A DNA stretch of 29,874 bases, taken from positions 1 through 29,874 of the IMG/VR virus record IMGVR_UViG_3300011334_000137; one strand, written 5' to 3'. Origin of the DNA: a virus. Lineage: Duplodnaviria > Caudoviricetes. The notes under the pieces are model-generated. The model worked only from the letters and a program-made list of their open reading frames with translations. It had not been told where the DNA came from and searched no databases. The position numbers and the translations under genes are program-made. Numbering within the stretch: the first letter of the stretch is position 1; each line of letters begins with the position of its first letter. This document shows positions 1-7,908 of this stretch, in pieces.

Positions 1-1
1 G

Positions 2-223
2 CCATCGCATATAACTCCTAATCAATTCGCATCTTTGGTTTCATTTGCATATAATTGCGGTGTGGTCAACTTGCAAAAGTCAACACTACTAAAAAAAGTT
101 AATGCCAATCATAATGACCCAAGCATAAGGGCAGAGTTTATGAAATGGAACAAAGCAGGTGGTAAGGTTCTTGCAGGACTTACAAGAAGAAGGGAAGCAG
201 AAGCGAATCTTTATTTCAAATGA
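2..223 (+). CDS. Phage lysozyme/endolysin (GH24-like), 5'-truncated
   Basis: Frame is open from base 2 (PSHITPNQFASLVSFAYNCG...). NQF-xL-VSFAYN-G and KWNKAGGKVLAGLTRRREAE are typical of the C-terminus of P21/P22-type lysozymes. Confidence 0.9.
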   Translation, partial: PSHITPNQFASLVSFAYNCGVVNLQKSTLLKKVNANHNDPSIRAEFMKWNKAGGKVLAGLTRRREAEANLYFK

Positions 224-1191
224 GCAAGGTCAACATAGCGAGAGATTATCGGGAAAAGTATGGATGGGATATGCCGACTTTAAAACTGGCAAGGATTATT
301 TACAACGATAATCCTTTGTCTTTTTCAAGCGTAGACCATGCGAGGACATCTTTAAGGTCAATAGAAAACAAATTAGGTAAAAAGAACAACATAATAACTA
401 CAAAAGATATGCCTACAAGACCTACAAACCCATACAACTTGCCTGAGTCAGATGAGGCAATTTACCAACATTATGACCTTAAAGCGAAGCGGTTGTTGGT
501 TCTTTCCGACATCCATATACCTTATCATAACATTGAAGCACTTACTTGTGCTTTTGATTTTGCGAAAGGAGAAAAGCCTGATGCCATTCTTTTGAATGGT
601 GATACCTTAGACTTTTTTGGATTGAGCAGGTTTATGAAAGACCCAAAGAAAAGGTCTATTGCAAGTGAACTGGCAATATTTAAAGATTTCATGGAAATAC
701 TTAAAAAGACTTTCAATGCTAAAATCTATTACAAGATGGGAAACCATTGTGAAAGGTATGAGCATTTTCTTTGGATGAAGGCACATGAACTTGTAGGGGT
801 TGAGGAATTTGAGATTGAGAATATACTTAAAGCAAGAGCAGAAGGTATTGAGATAATAAAGGACAAGCGTATAATGAAAGCAGGTGACTTGAATATTATA
901 CATGGTCACGAGTTTGGAGGTTCAGTATTTAGTCCAGTAAACATTGCAAGAGGTTTATTTTTGAGGGGTAAGGTATCTGCTATGCAAGGACACAATCACC
1001 AAACTTCAGAGCATTCTGAATCTAACATGAATGGTGAACTAACTACCACATGGTCACTTGGTTGCCTATGTGAGTTGCATCCTGCATACTTACCCATAAA
1101 CAAATGGAATCACGGGTTTGCGATAGTTGATGTAGATGGGCAGAACTTTGAAGTAAGAAACAAAAGAATCCATAAAGGCAAAATCCTTTAA
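220..1191 (+). CDS. Calcineurin-like metallophosphoesterase
   Basis: Motifs SDIH, NGD..D, GNH, HGH and GHNH occur in canonical order. Confidence 0.88.
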   Translation: MSKVNIARDYREKYGWDMPTLKLARIIYNDNPLSFSSVDHARTSLRSIENKLGKKNNIITTKDMPTRPTNPYNLPESDEAIYQHYDLKAKRLLVLSDIHIPYHNIEALTCAFDFAKGEKPDAILLNGDTLDFFGLSRFMKDPKKRSIASELAIFKDFMEILKKTFNAKIYYKMGNHCERYEHFLWMKAHELVGVEEFEIENILKARAEGIEIIKDKRIMKAGDLNIIHGHEFGGSVFSPVNIARGLFLRGKVSAMQGHNHQTSEHSESNMNGELTTTWSLGCLCELHPAYLPINKWNHGFAIVDVDGQNFEVRNKRIHKGKIL

Positions 1192-1193
1192 TT

Positions 1194-1439
1194 ATGGAGG
1201 AGGACCTTGTTTTAGGAGAATCGGATGAGGTTGAATATATTGAGGAAGAACTTGGTTACAGATTCAACGAGTACATATCTTCATCAGTTGAGGTTCTAAC
1301 TATGCTTGAGATATCTAATCCTATGACTAAGGAAGAAGTTGAAAAGGTGCAAGAACTAAAGAAACTTTGTTTTGAAATGCTTGAATTTTCAGTAAAATCC
1401 ATGCACCAAACCCTATTTACTAATGACATAGACTGTTGA
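1194..1439 (+). CDS. Hypothetical acidic protein
   Basis: 81 aa ORF starting 2 nt after the previous stop and followed by a terminator. Confidence 0.7.
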   Translation: MEEDLVLGESDEVEYIEEELGYRFNEYISSSVEVLTMLEISNPMTKEEVEKVQELKKLCFEMLEFSVKSMHQTLFTNDIDC

Positions 1440-1463
1440 TTTTTAAAGTTTTAATGTGATTTG

Positions 1464-1497
1464 AACCCCTGATATATCTATATTGGGGGTTTTGTTT
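1464..1497 (+). terminator. Intrinsic terminator
   Basis: Hairpin AACCCCTGATAT-ATCT-ATATTGGGGGTT (with G-U pairs) followed by TTGTTT. Confidence 0.75.
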
Positions 1498-1540
1498 GGG
1501 GGTAAATGATAAAAAATATTTCAAAAAAGATTAAAAATTG

Positions 1541-1571
1541 TTTGGTAGTATGAAAAAAGGTGTTATATTTG
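1541..1571 (+). promoter_or_regulatory. Bacteroidota housekeeping-type promoter (-33/-7)
   Basis: TTTG (1541-1544), 19 nt spacer, TATATTTG (1564-1571), matching TAnnTTTG. Confidence 0.8.
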
Positions 1572-1598
1572 CTAAACAATCACAATCAAAAACAAGTC

Positions 1599-1805
1599 AT
1601 GAAAGCAAAAGATTTAAAAATTGGAGATACTTTTAAGAGACAAGGTTTTACCTATAAGGTAACTAATATTACTGATGGTGAATATTTGAATGGGAATGAT
1701 GTGTTATTAATATCTTGTATTGGTAAGCATCCAAAATTAAGTCCAAACAACAATAATATAGTTGATAGCTTTTTCCAATTCAAACCTGAAACAAAAATTA
1801 ATTAA
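1599..1805 (+). CDS. Hypothetical early protein
   Basis: ATG at 1599 downstream of the promoter, MKAKDLKIGDTFK... The longer start at 1560 overlaps the promoter. Confidence 0.7.
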   Translation: MKAKDLKIGDTFKRQGFTYKVTNITDGEYLNGNDVLLISCIGKHPKLSPNNNNIVDSFFQFKPETKIN

Positions 1806-1846
1806 TCACTCAGGGGTGCAGCATCCTAACAACTGCAACAAATCAA

Positions 1847-1921
1847 ATGAAAAAGTCAACATTTCAAATTATCGCAATCATTATTTTATCACTTGTTATC
1901 TGTTTTGCAGATAGCATTTAA
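1847..1921 (+). CDS. Small hydrophobic peptide (24 aa)
   Basis: MKKSTFQIIAIIILSLVICFADSI, preceded by an AAATCAA leader like its neighbours. Below the ORF-track cutoff. Confidence 0.55.
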   Translation: MKKSTFQIIAIIILSLVICFADSI

Positions 1922-1932
1922 ATCAAATCACA

Positions 1933-2175
1933 ATGAGTAAACTACCAAAATGGGGTGACCTAAACACCTATGAACGTCATAAACTTTTAGGAGAATTAAT
2001 AGATGCCATGATTTATTCAGGCGAAGCGGTACACCATCTGAAAGTAACTGTTGAGCAATTTAGAGCAATGGGATGGGTAAGGTCAGTAATCATGCCCGAT
2101 GCAATAGAGCAACCATGTCCCGACTGCGATGGTGCAGGGTGCGATGAATGCGTAATTATTTCAAATAACGAATAA
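1933..2175 (+). CDS. Hypothetical protein with C-terminal Cys cluster
   Basis: CPDCDGAGCDEC resembles a CxxCxGxG zinc-binding repeat. AAATCAAATCACA leader. Confidence 0.7.
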   Translation: MSKLPKWGDLNTYERHKLLGELIDAMIYSGEAVHHLKVTVEQFRAMGWVRSVIMPDAIEQPCPDCDGAGCDECVIISNNE

Positions 2176-2186
2176 AAAACCAAACA

Positions 2187-2357
2187 ATGACAAAAGAAGA
2201 ACTCAGAAAAATCAGAAGGGGAAAAGATGTAACTCAAGAAAAGTTAGCATCTATGTCAGGCATCAGCCTTGCAACCATTAACCGAGCAGAAAAAACGGGC
2301 AAGGTTAGACTTGAAACTATGCAAAAATTGTTTCATACTTTAGATAAAATTTCTTAA
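2187..2357 (+). CDS. XRE/Cro-like helix-turn-helix regulator (56 aa)
   Basis: MTKEELRKIRRGKDVTQEKLASMSGISLATINRAEKTG... fits the HTH_3 pattern. Not in the ORF track. Confidence 0.85.
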   Translation: MTKEELRKIRRGKDVTQEKLASMSGISLATINRAEKTGKVRLETMQKLFHTLDKIS

Positions 2358-2378
2358 CTTTAAATCAAATCAAATCAC

Positions 2379-2633
2379 ATGACTACTTCTATCTTTCTAA
2401 AATTACCCAAAGAATGGTTTAACTCAACAATTGACATTAACATTTCTGTTTATGCATCTGTAAACATTGTAGATGATTCTTGGGATGTTAAGGTTGATGT
2501 AATTACTTCTCCAGGGTATTGGGCATTCCATTTTCTGCCTGAGTATAAGCAAGACCTCTATGAACTTATAGAACGCAAGTGTATTGAAAAGTATGCTGAT
2601 GAAAAACTAAAGCAGGAAGATTATGTACTATGA
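2379..2633 (+). CDS. Hypothetical protein
   Basis: 84 aa ORF with AAATCAAATCAAATCAC leader. Confidence 0.7.
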   Translation: MTTSIFLKLPKEWFNSTIDINISVYASVNIVDDSWDVKVDVITSPGYWAFHFLPEYKQDLYELIERKCIEKYADEKLKQEDYVL

Positions 2634-2964
2634 AAGAATAGAAATGACCTTAGAGGTGAAGGGAGAAGTTAGAGCAACTGCCTTCCCACTTAGGAATCAC
2701 GAAAGCATAGAAAGACAACGGCATCAATGGTATTACTTTTATGGGTTAAAAAGTGTTAAAGAATGGGAGATATATATAACTCAAAAGTCTACGATGCAGA
2801 ACTCAACTCCTTCAAGAATAGAAAAACCTTTTCCTTATTTAATCAAATCACAACAAAATGAATCAACAGAACAGTCAGAACCAACAGACATCAATTGCGA
2901 ACCAACTGATACTTCAGGGGGACTTGAGCAAGTTGTCGGCAGGGGACAAAGTCAGGTATTATAA
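2623..2964 (+). CDS. Hypothetical protein
   Basis: 113 aa ORF coupled to the previous gene. Its last 107 nt overlap the next gene. Confidence 0.6.
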   Translation: MYYERIEMTLEVKGEVRATAFPLRNHESIERQRHQWYYFYGLKSVKEWEIYITQKSTMQNSTPSRIEKPFPYLIKSQQNESTEQSEPTDINCEPTDTSGGLEQVVGRGQSQVL

Positions 2965-3586
2965 CGGGTATTGTGAAAGGATGGGACTTGACCCTTACAC
3001 CAAGCCTTTTGACTTGCTCAGACTTAATGGCAAAGAGATATTGTACTGTACAAGGTCAGGAACTCAGCAACTTAACAAACTCCACAAAGTATCTCACTTG
3101 ATTACTTCCCGTGATACCAACACAGATGCAGGGGTTTACATTGTAACCTCAAAGGCATCCCTTCCTGATGGTAGGTGTACAGAATCACTCGGAGCAGTAA
3201 ATATTGCAGGGTTAAAAGGTGAGGCTTATGCTAATGCCATTATGAAGGCAGAAACAAAGGCAAAACGGAGGGCAACCCTTGACTTGTTAGGTTTAGGTGT
3301 CTTGGATGAATCAGAGGCAGAATCAATCCCTAATGCAACCACAGTGGCAATACAGACAATGGTTGAAGCATTGCCACAAATGGAAGTAGAATCTGTTGAG
3401 GTAATCACAGAAACCGAGGAAGAAAAAGAGTTAAGCATTGGCAGACTGGCTATTGCAATTAAGAAGGCAACCAACATAGTTGAACTCAAGGCGGTTTACG
3501 ATGCCAATAAACACAAAGTAGAAACCAACCAATTTATCAAGGACCAATTAAAAACAAGAAAGAATGAACTCCTTAACAGTAAATGA
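2858..3586 (+). CDS. Single-strand annealing protein (RecT/Red-beta/Rad52-like)
   Basis: C..MGLDP.TK and MKAETKAKRRA...LG..DESE resemble RecT/Bet-type cores. Located upstream of SSB-like and replication genes. Confidence 0.65.
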   Translation: MNQQNSQNQQTSIANQLILQGDLSKLSAGDKVRYYNGYCERMGLDPYTKPFDLLRLNGKEILYCTRSGTQQLNKLHKVSHLITSRDTNTDAGVYIVTSKASLPDGRCTESLGAVNIAGLKGEAYANAIMKAETKAKRRATLDLLGLGVLDESEAESIPNATTVAIQTMVEALPQMEVESVEVITETEEEKELSIGRLAIAIKKATNIVELKAVYDANKHKVETNQFIKDQLKTRKNELLNSK

Positions 3587-3995
3587 GATAAAAGTTGGGG
3601 ATATTGCTCCCACTAAGTTTGGTATTGAACTACTTGCTGATAGCATTCAAGAGCAGATTAACGATGGATTGCTTGACCCTTTGGATGTAGCAATAAAGTT
3701 TAACAGTATAGAACAACTTGCCAAATCGGTAAAGACCCGAATTACCGAGAATGTTCTTGCAGAACTGGTAAAGCATCCAAAAGGTAAGGCAGAGGTACTT
3801 GGTGCATCGGTTAGCGAAATGGTTACTATCAAGTACGATTACTCAGACCTCCCAGGGTGGTTGGAACTTGAAGAACAAATCAAGGTGTTAAAGGAGCAAC
3901 AAAAGGAGATTGAGGATAAAGAGAGAACCTACCACAAAGGGTATTTACCTATCAAGTCAGCATCTTCTACATTCAAAATTCAACTCTCAAAATAA
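3564..3995 (+). CDS. Hypothetical coiled-coil protein of the recombination module
   Basis: 143 aa ORF between the annealing protein and SSB-like gene. Confidence 0.7.
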   Translation: MNSLTVNEIKVGDIAPTKFGIELLADSIQEQINDGLLDPLDVAIKFNSIEQLAKSVKTRITENVLAELVKHPKGKAEVLGASVSEMVTIKYDYSDLPGWLELEEQIKVLKEQQKEIEDKERTYHKGYLPIKSASSTFKIQLSK

Positions 3996-4001
3996 ACAAG
4001 T

Positions 4002-4268
4002 ATGCAAAAGTTAATTAGCCTCAGTATTGATGTAAGTAAAATTGATGCCAAAAGACTCTACAAGGGTAAAAAAGGACAATATTTGTCCGCAACTTTATTC
4101 CTCAAGGAAGAAGTGGACCAGTACGGAAACAATGGGTTTATAGTTGAGTCCATCACCAAAGAGGAAAGGGAATCAGGAAAGAAGGGTACTATCTTAGGGA
4201 ATGCCAAGTTCTTGGTAAGCGGAAGCAAACCTGCACAGAACGATGACTACGGGGATGTACCATTTTAA
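4002..4268 (+). CDS. Putative single-stranded DNA-binding protein
   Basis: Small beta-rich protein ending in the acidic tip DDYGDVPF, typical of SSBs. Recombination context. Confidence 0.6.
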   Translation: MQKLISLSIDVSKIDAKRLYKGKKGQYLSATLFLKEEVDQYGNNGFIVESITKEERESGKKGTILGNAKFLVSGSKPAQNDDYGDVPF

Positions 4269-4275
4269 TCTTAAC

Positions 4276-4298
4276 GGGTGGGGTTAATCACCTCACCC
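4276..4298 (+). promoter_or_regulatory. Intergenic hairpin (weak terminator or mRNA stabiliser)
   Basis: GGGTGGGGT-TAATC-ACCTCACCC, followed only by ACTTT. Confidence 0.55.
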
Positions 4299-4316
4299 AC
4301 TTTAAATCAAATCACA

Positions 4317-4514
4317 ATGAAATCACAGAACGAAAGAATTTTACAACACCTCAAAAGAGGTAGAAAGATAACCTCATTGGATGCACTTGAAAAGTTCGGA
4401 TGCTTCAGGTTAGCTGCAAGAATATCAGACCTTAGAAGTCAAGGTCATGTAATTAGCACAGAAAACTTGACAAAGGATGGTAAAACCTTCGCTTCATATA
4501 AACTGATAAAGTAA
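4317..4514 (+). CDS. Winged helix-turn-helix protein (HTH_39-like)
   Basis: SQNERILQHL...ITSLDALEKFGCFRLAARISDLR..G pattern. ATG at 4317 after AAATCAAATCACA. Confidence 0.75.
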   Translation: MKSQNERILQHLKRGRKITSLDALEKFGCFRLAARISDLRSQGHVISTENLTKDGKTFASYKLIK

Positions 4515-4618
4515 TGAAACTAATCAAAATTGTTTACTTTTTCATTATTTCAGTACCATTGGCAATTTGCTTTTATATTGGTGCGACTATCTTATCACTA
4601 TTAAAAACGAGGTTTTGA
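4514..4618 (+). CDS. Small membrane protein (34 aa)
   Basis: MKLIKIVYFFIISVPLAICFYIGATILSLLKTRF. TAATG overlap upstream and TTGA overlap downstream. Confidence 0.6.
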   Translation: MKLIKIVYFFIISVPLAICFYIGATILSLLKTRF

Positions 4619-4863
4619 GGGATATAACATATCATTTAGAGAATGCGGTTGAGTACTTGGTTTATGACCTTTCCATTGAGGATATTGAAGAAAGGAGGAA
4701 AAAGGCGGTAACTTATCGGTCCGGTAAGTGCGTATGCAACTTTATGGGTTATCCTCCTAACAAGATTTCAGACTTGAGGCAAGTAGGCAGGAAGGTAATA
4801 AGCAGACTGGATGGTAAAACCTATGCGGTTAGAGTAAAGAAAAAAGATGCTAATAATGAATAA
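4615..4863 (+). CDS. Hypothetical protein
   Basis: Likely TTG start at 4615 overlapping the upstream stop (MRDITYHLEN...). Confidence 0.6.
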   Translation: MRDITYHLENAVEYLVYDLSIEDIEERRKKAVTYRSGKCVCNFMGYPPNKISDLRQVGRKVISRLDGKTYAVRVKKKDANNE

Positions 4864-4868
4864 TTTTG

Positions 4869-4876
4869 TATCTTTG
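4869..4876 (+). promoter_or_regulatory. Bacteroidota -7 promoter element for the replication operon
   Basis: Intergenic TATCTTTG just before a structured leader. The -33 element is poor. Confidence 0.6.
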
Positions 4877-4880
4877 CAAA

Positions 4881-4983
4881 GTAGACAAGCATTTGAGGTA
4901 GTGTGCAGATGCTTGTTTGTAAGTACAAACATAAATGGGGAATCGGGTAAACACACTACACCTGGTTTCCCTTTTTATTTTTT
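4881..4983 (+). ncRNA. Kissing-loop two-hairpin leader, copy 1
   Basis: P1 4883-4895/4906-4918 and P2 4937-4948/4960-4971 followed by a T-run. Loops GTAGTGTG (4898-4905) and CACACTAC (4952-4959) are exact complements. Confidence 0.75.
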
Positions 4984-5727
4984 ATGAAGAAAGATGCGTT
5001 TTATTTTCCGCATTTCGCAAACTCAAGGCATGACCGTAAAATTATGCGGATGCGGATGGAATTAGGTCTTGAGGGTTATGCTATTTACTTTATGCTTTTG
5101 GAAGTCCTTAGAGAGCAAAATGACTTCAAGTATCCAACATCAGACATAGACCTACTTGCCAATGAATTTGGTACAAGTGAGCAAAAGGTAAGGGTAGTTA
5201 TCTGCAATTATGGTCTATTTGAGGTAGATACAAGTGAGATGTTTTTCAGCATTAAACAGATATACTACCTTCAGCCATACATTGAAAAGACCCAAAGAGC
5301 AAGGGTTGCAGCACAGAAAAGATGGGATAAGGTTGAATCTGATGCAAATGCAATGCAAATGCATAGCAAATGCAATGCTGATGCAATGCAAATAAAGGAA
5401 AGTAAAGTAAAGGAAACTAAAGTAAAAGAAAGTAAAGTAGGTTTTGTACGTCCTGAATTATTTCAAGTTCAGAACTATTTTGAAGAAGTTGGTGCATTAC
5501 CTGAAGCAGAAGGATTCTTTAACTACTATGAGAGTAATGGTTGGAAGGTAGGAAAGAACCCAATGAAGGACTGGCAGGCAGCATCAAGAAACTGGATTAA
5601 AAACTCTAAAAACTATAAATCACATGGCACAACAACTAAATCAAATTCTGACATCATCGCTCAACGAAGGGCAGAACTCCATGAGTACGCAGACAAGATT
5701 GACTTCCTCAGAGGCATTAGACCTTGA
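4984..5727 (+). CDS. Replication initiator (DUF4373/Lin1244-like N-terminus)
   Basis: N-terminal YFPH...D.KI..MR...G.EGYAIYFMLLE, central DNA repeats, and a C-terminal FFNYYESNGW...MKDW.AA.R.W domain. Confidence 0.75.
   Translation: MKKDAFYFPHFANSRHDRKIMRMRMELGLEGYAIYFMLLEVLREQNDFKYPTSDIDLLANEFGTSEQKVRVVICNYGLFEVDTSEMFFSIKQIYYLQPYIEKTQRARVAAQKRWDKVESDANAMQMHSKCNADAMQIKESKVKETKVKESKVGFVRPELFQVQNYFEEVGALPEAEGFFNYYESNGWKVGKNPMKDWQAASRNWIKNSKNYKSHGTTTKSNSDIIAQRRAELHEYADKIDFLRGIRP
5342..5437 (+). repeat. Iteron-like repeats; probable replication origin inside the initiator gene
   Basis: Seven ATGCA plus two variants in 5342-5390, then three 15-mers TAAA(G/A)GAAA(G/C)TAAAG at 5393-5437. Confidence 0.7.
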
Positions 5728-6388
5728 TAAATTCAAACTATCAAGAACAAGCCAGCCTATATCTTCTTTGAGTGCTGCATTGGTTATTGATGAACTTTTA
5801 AACGGAATGCAAAAACTTGGTGTTAAAGGAGAGAAATTACCAAGCAATGAGGACCTTTTGATAATGTACAAGTCAATAATGGAAGAATACCCTAATATAA
5901 AAATCGGAGAAATCAACCTTGCTTTTGACTTAGCAGCTAAAGGTAAACTTGACATTGAGGCAGAAACCTACCAAAACTTCTCAATGCTTTACCTTCATAG
6001 GTTACTCAGGTCTTTTGCTCGGTATGGTATGCAGAAGCTAAATGAGATTAAACCAAAGGAAGAAAGCAAGTGGCAACCAAGATTTATATCAGATGATGAG
6101 AAGATAGAAACTGCCTTTGATTGCTTCAAGAAGTTTCGCCAATGGGATAACATAGTATTCGGGGTTGATGTGTTTAAAATCTTGCATAAACGTGGTAGTA
6201 TCATTGTAACTGCATCTGAAACCTATGAGAAGGTACTATCTGCTATGAATGAGAAGATGTTTGAAGGTAGTATGCAAGATAAGATTGATGTAAAGAACAA
6301 GATGAAGGATGATGACTACATGGAACATCAATGCTATCGGATGGCAGTATCAGAATACTTTACTAAACGCATAAACCGAGGGTTATGA
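5624..6388 (+). CDS. Hypothetical replication protein (possible helicase loader)
   Basis: 254 aa ORF directly after the initiator with a 104 nt overlap. Function inferred from position only. Confidence 0.6.
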   Translation: MAQQLNQILTSSLNEGQNSMSTQTRLTSSEALDLDKFKLSRTSQPISSLSAALVIDELLNGMQKLGVKGEKLPSNEDLLIMYKSIMEEYPNIKIGEINLAFDLAAKGKLDIEAETYQNFSMLYLHRLLRSFARYGMQKLNEIKPKEESKWQPRFISDDEKIETAFDCFKKFRQWDNIVFGVDVFKILHKRGSIIVTASETYEKVLSAMNEKMFEGSMQDKIDVKNKMKDDDYMEHQCYRMAVSEYFTKRINRGL

Positions 6389-6690
6389 ACTTAACTGCAG
6401 GAATGTTAACTAAGTTTGCATTAATCAAGTTGGAAGGACTTGGTTGTTATGTTTGGAGAAACAATAATCTGACTGTGCCAGGTAGGAAGTTCATAGGTGA
6501 GAGAGGGGTTGCGGATATTATCGGATTCCAAAAGGCAACTGGCAAAGCGGTCTATTGTGAGGTAAAGACTATTGCGGATAAACTTAGTGATTATCAGATA
6601 GTTTTTCTCAATAGGGCAAAAAATGCAGGTTGTTTGTGCTACCTTGCAACAGATAATAAAGGCATCCCTGAACTTAACGAATGGGTTTAA
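6385..6690 (+). CDS. VRR-NUC domain nuclease
   Basis: GVADII...CEVKT...LS..Q..FL matches the PD-(D/E)xK VRR-NUC pattern. Confidence 0.85.
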   Translation: MNLTAGMLTKFALIKLEGLGCYVWRNNNLTVPGRKFIGERGVADIIGFQKATGKAVYCEVKTIADKLSDYQIVFLNRAKNAGCLCYLATDNKGIPELNEWV

Positions 6691-7196
6691 CCAAGAACGA
6701 TATCATCCAAAGTCTATACACCGATAAGGATATAGATAATGCCATTAAGAAGATGCAACCCATAGAGTTGCAAGATGACTTGAGGCAGGAGATGTTTATG
6801 GTACTTTGTGAGATGGATGAGGCAAAGTTTATGAATATGCATACTAATGGATTCATAAAGTTCTACTTGGTCAGGACAATGCTCTCAATGATAAAGTCTG
6901 ATAGGTCTACATTCTTCAACAAGTTTAGGAGAACCTTTACAGAATGGACTGAGCAACATGATGCACCTGATTCAACTGATACCATCCAAGCAGATGAGAT
7001 AGCGGTAAAATTAAACAACTCACTTAAAATCCTACATTGGTATGAACTTGAAATATTCCGCTTATACTCTGAGAATGGACAAAACATAATGTCCCTTTCA
7101 AGAGATACTGGAATTCCTTATAGGTCCTTAATGAAAACGATAAAAAAAACTCGCACACTTTTAAAATATAAAATCAAAAACCATGTTACTCCTTAA
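6681..7196 (+). CDS. Sigma-70/ECF-like transcription factor (probable late activator)
   Basis: DDLRQEMF (region 2-like) and a C-terminal region 4-like HTH (ELEIFRLY...LSRDTGIPYRSL). Confidence 0.7.
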   Translation: MGLTKNDIIQSLYTDKDIDNAIKKMQPIELQDDLRQEMFMVLCEMDEAKFMNMHTNGFIKFYLVRTMLSMIKSDRSTFFNKFRRTFTEWTEQHDAPDSTDTIQADEIAVKLNNSLKILHWYELEIFRLYSENGQNIMSLSRDTGIPYRSLMKTIKKTRTLLKYKIKNHVTP

Positions 7197-7437
7197 AGTA
7201 GTTATCGCATCACTTTTCTCTGTGTTTTATTTCATAGATATGGCACGACTTCCTGAGAGGCTGAAAATCAACTTCAAGCCATTTAATTGCAATATGTGTC
7301 TAAGTGTATATGTTGCTATCATTTTGTATTTAGTGCCTACAATGGTCATTAATTGCGTTTTGGTAGCATTCGTTTCAGGAGTTGCTGCACCACTATTCAG
7401 AAACTTAATGAAAAACATATTTTTTAAAAAAGCATAA
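7183..7437 (+). CDS. Small membrane protein with CxxC
   Basis: Hydrophobic segments flanking KPFNCNMCLS. Confidence 0.65.
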   Translation: MLLLKVVIASLFSVFYFIDMARLPERLKINFKPFNCNMCLSVYVAIILYLVPTMVINCVLVAFVSGVAAPLFRNLMKNIFFKKA

Positions 7438-7439
7438 TC

Positions 7440-7610
7440 ATGGAAGGAAAAATATGTCCAAAGTGTAAAACCTACAAAGAGAAAAAACTATTCAGCAAAT
7501 CAACTGCAAGGACCGATAAAATGGCGGTCTATTGCAAGATGTGTGAGAACGCACAAAGGAAAGCAAAAGCAGAAGAACGCAAAAGAGATGCAATGTTTGA
7601 TATCATGTAA
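7440..7610 (+). CDS. Small zinc-finger protein (56 aa)
   Basis: MEGKICPKCK...YCKMCE. Fills the gap exactly; below the ORF-track cutoff. Confidence 0.7.
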   Translation: MEGKICPKCKTYKEKKLFSKSTARTDKMAVYCKMCENAQRKAKAEERKRDAMFDIM

Positions 7611-7620
7611 ATAAAATACT

Positions 7621-7908
7621 ATGACACAAGAAGATGAACAATTTATAGAAGACAATATCTACAACTTTGAGTGCGTTAAGGTTGGATTCATGAAGAACCT
7701 ACCATTGCATATTTTAATACGGTATGAGCAGATTTATCGCAGGTACTTAGATGGTGGGTTTGTACTTACCTCTTGGTGTGCCAACTGTGTGGCAGACATG
7801 ATGAAGCGGTTGATTAGGTACTGGGAAGAATACCAAGCAACAAAAGCCGTTGCAGAACCTATTGAAGTACCAAAAAAGAAAGGCAGACCATTTAAAAATC
7901 CACAATGA
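7621..7908 (+). CDS. Hypothetical protein
   Basis: 95 aa with CANC and a basic KKKGRP tail. ATGA overlap with the next gene. Confidence 0.7.
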   Translation: MTQEDEQFIEDNIYNFECVKVGFMKNLPLHILIRYEQIYRRYLDGGFVLTSWCANCVADMMKRLIRYWEEYQATKAVAEPIEVPKKKGRPFKNPQ

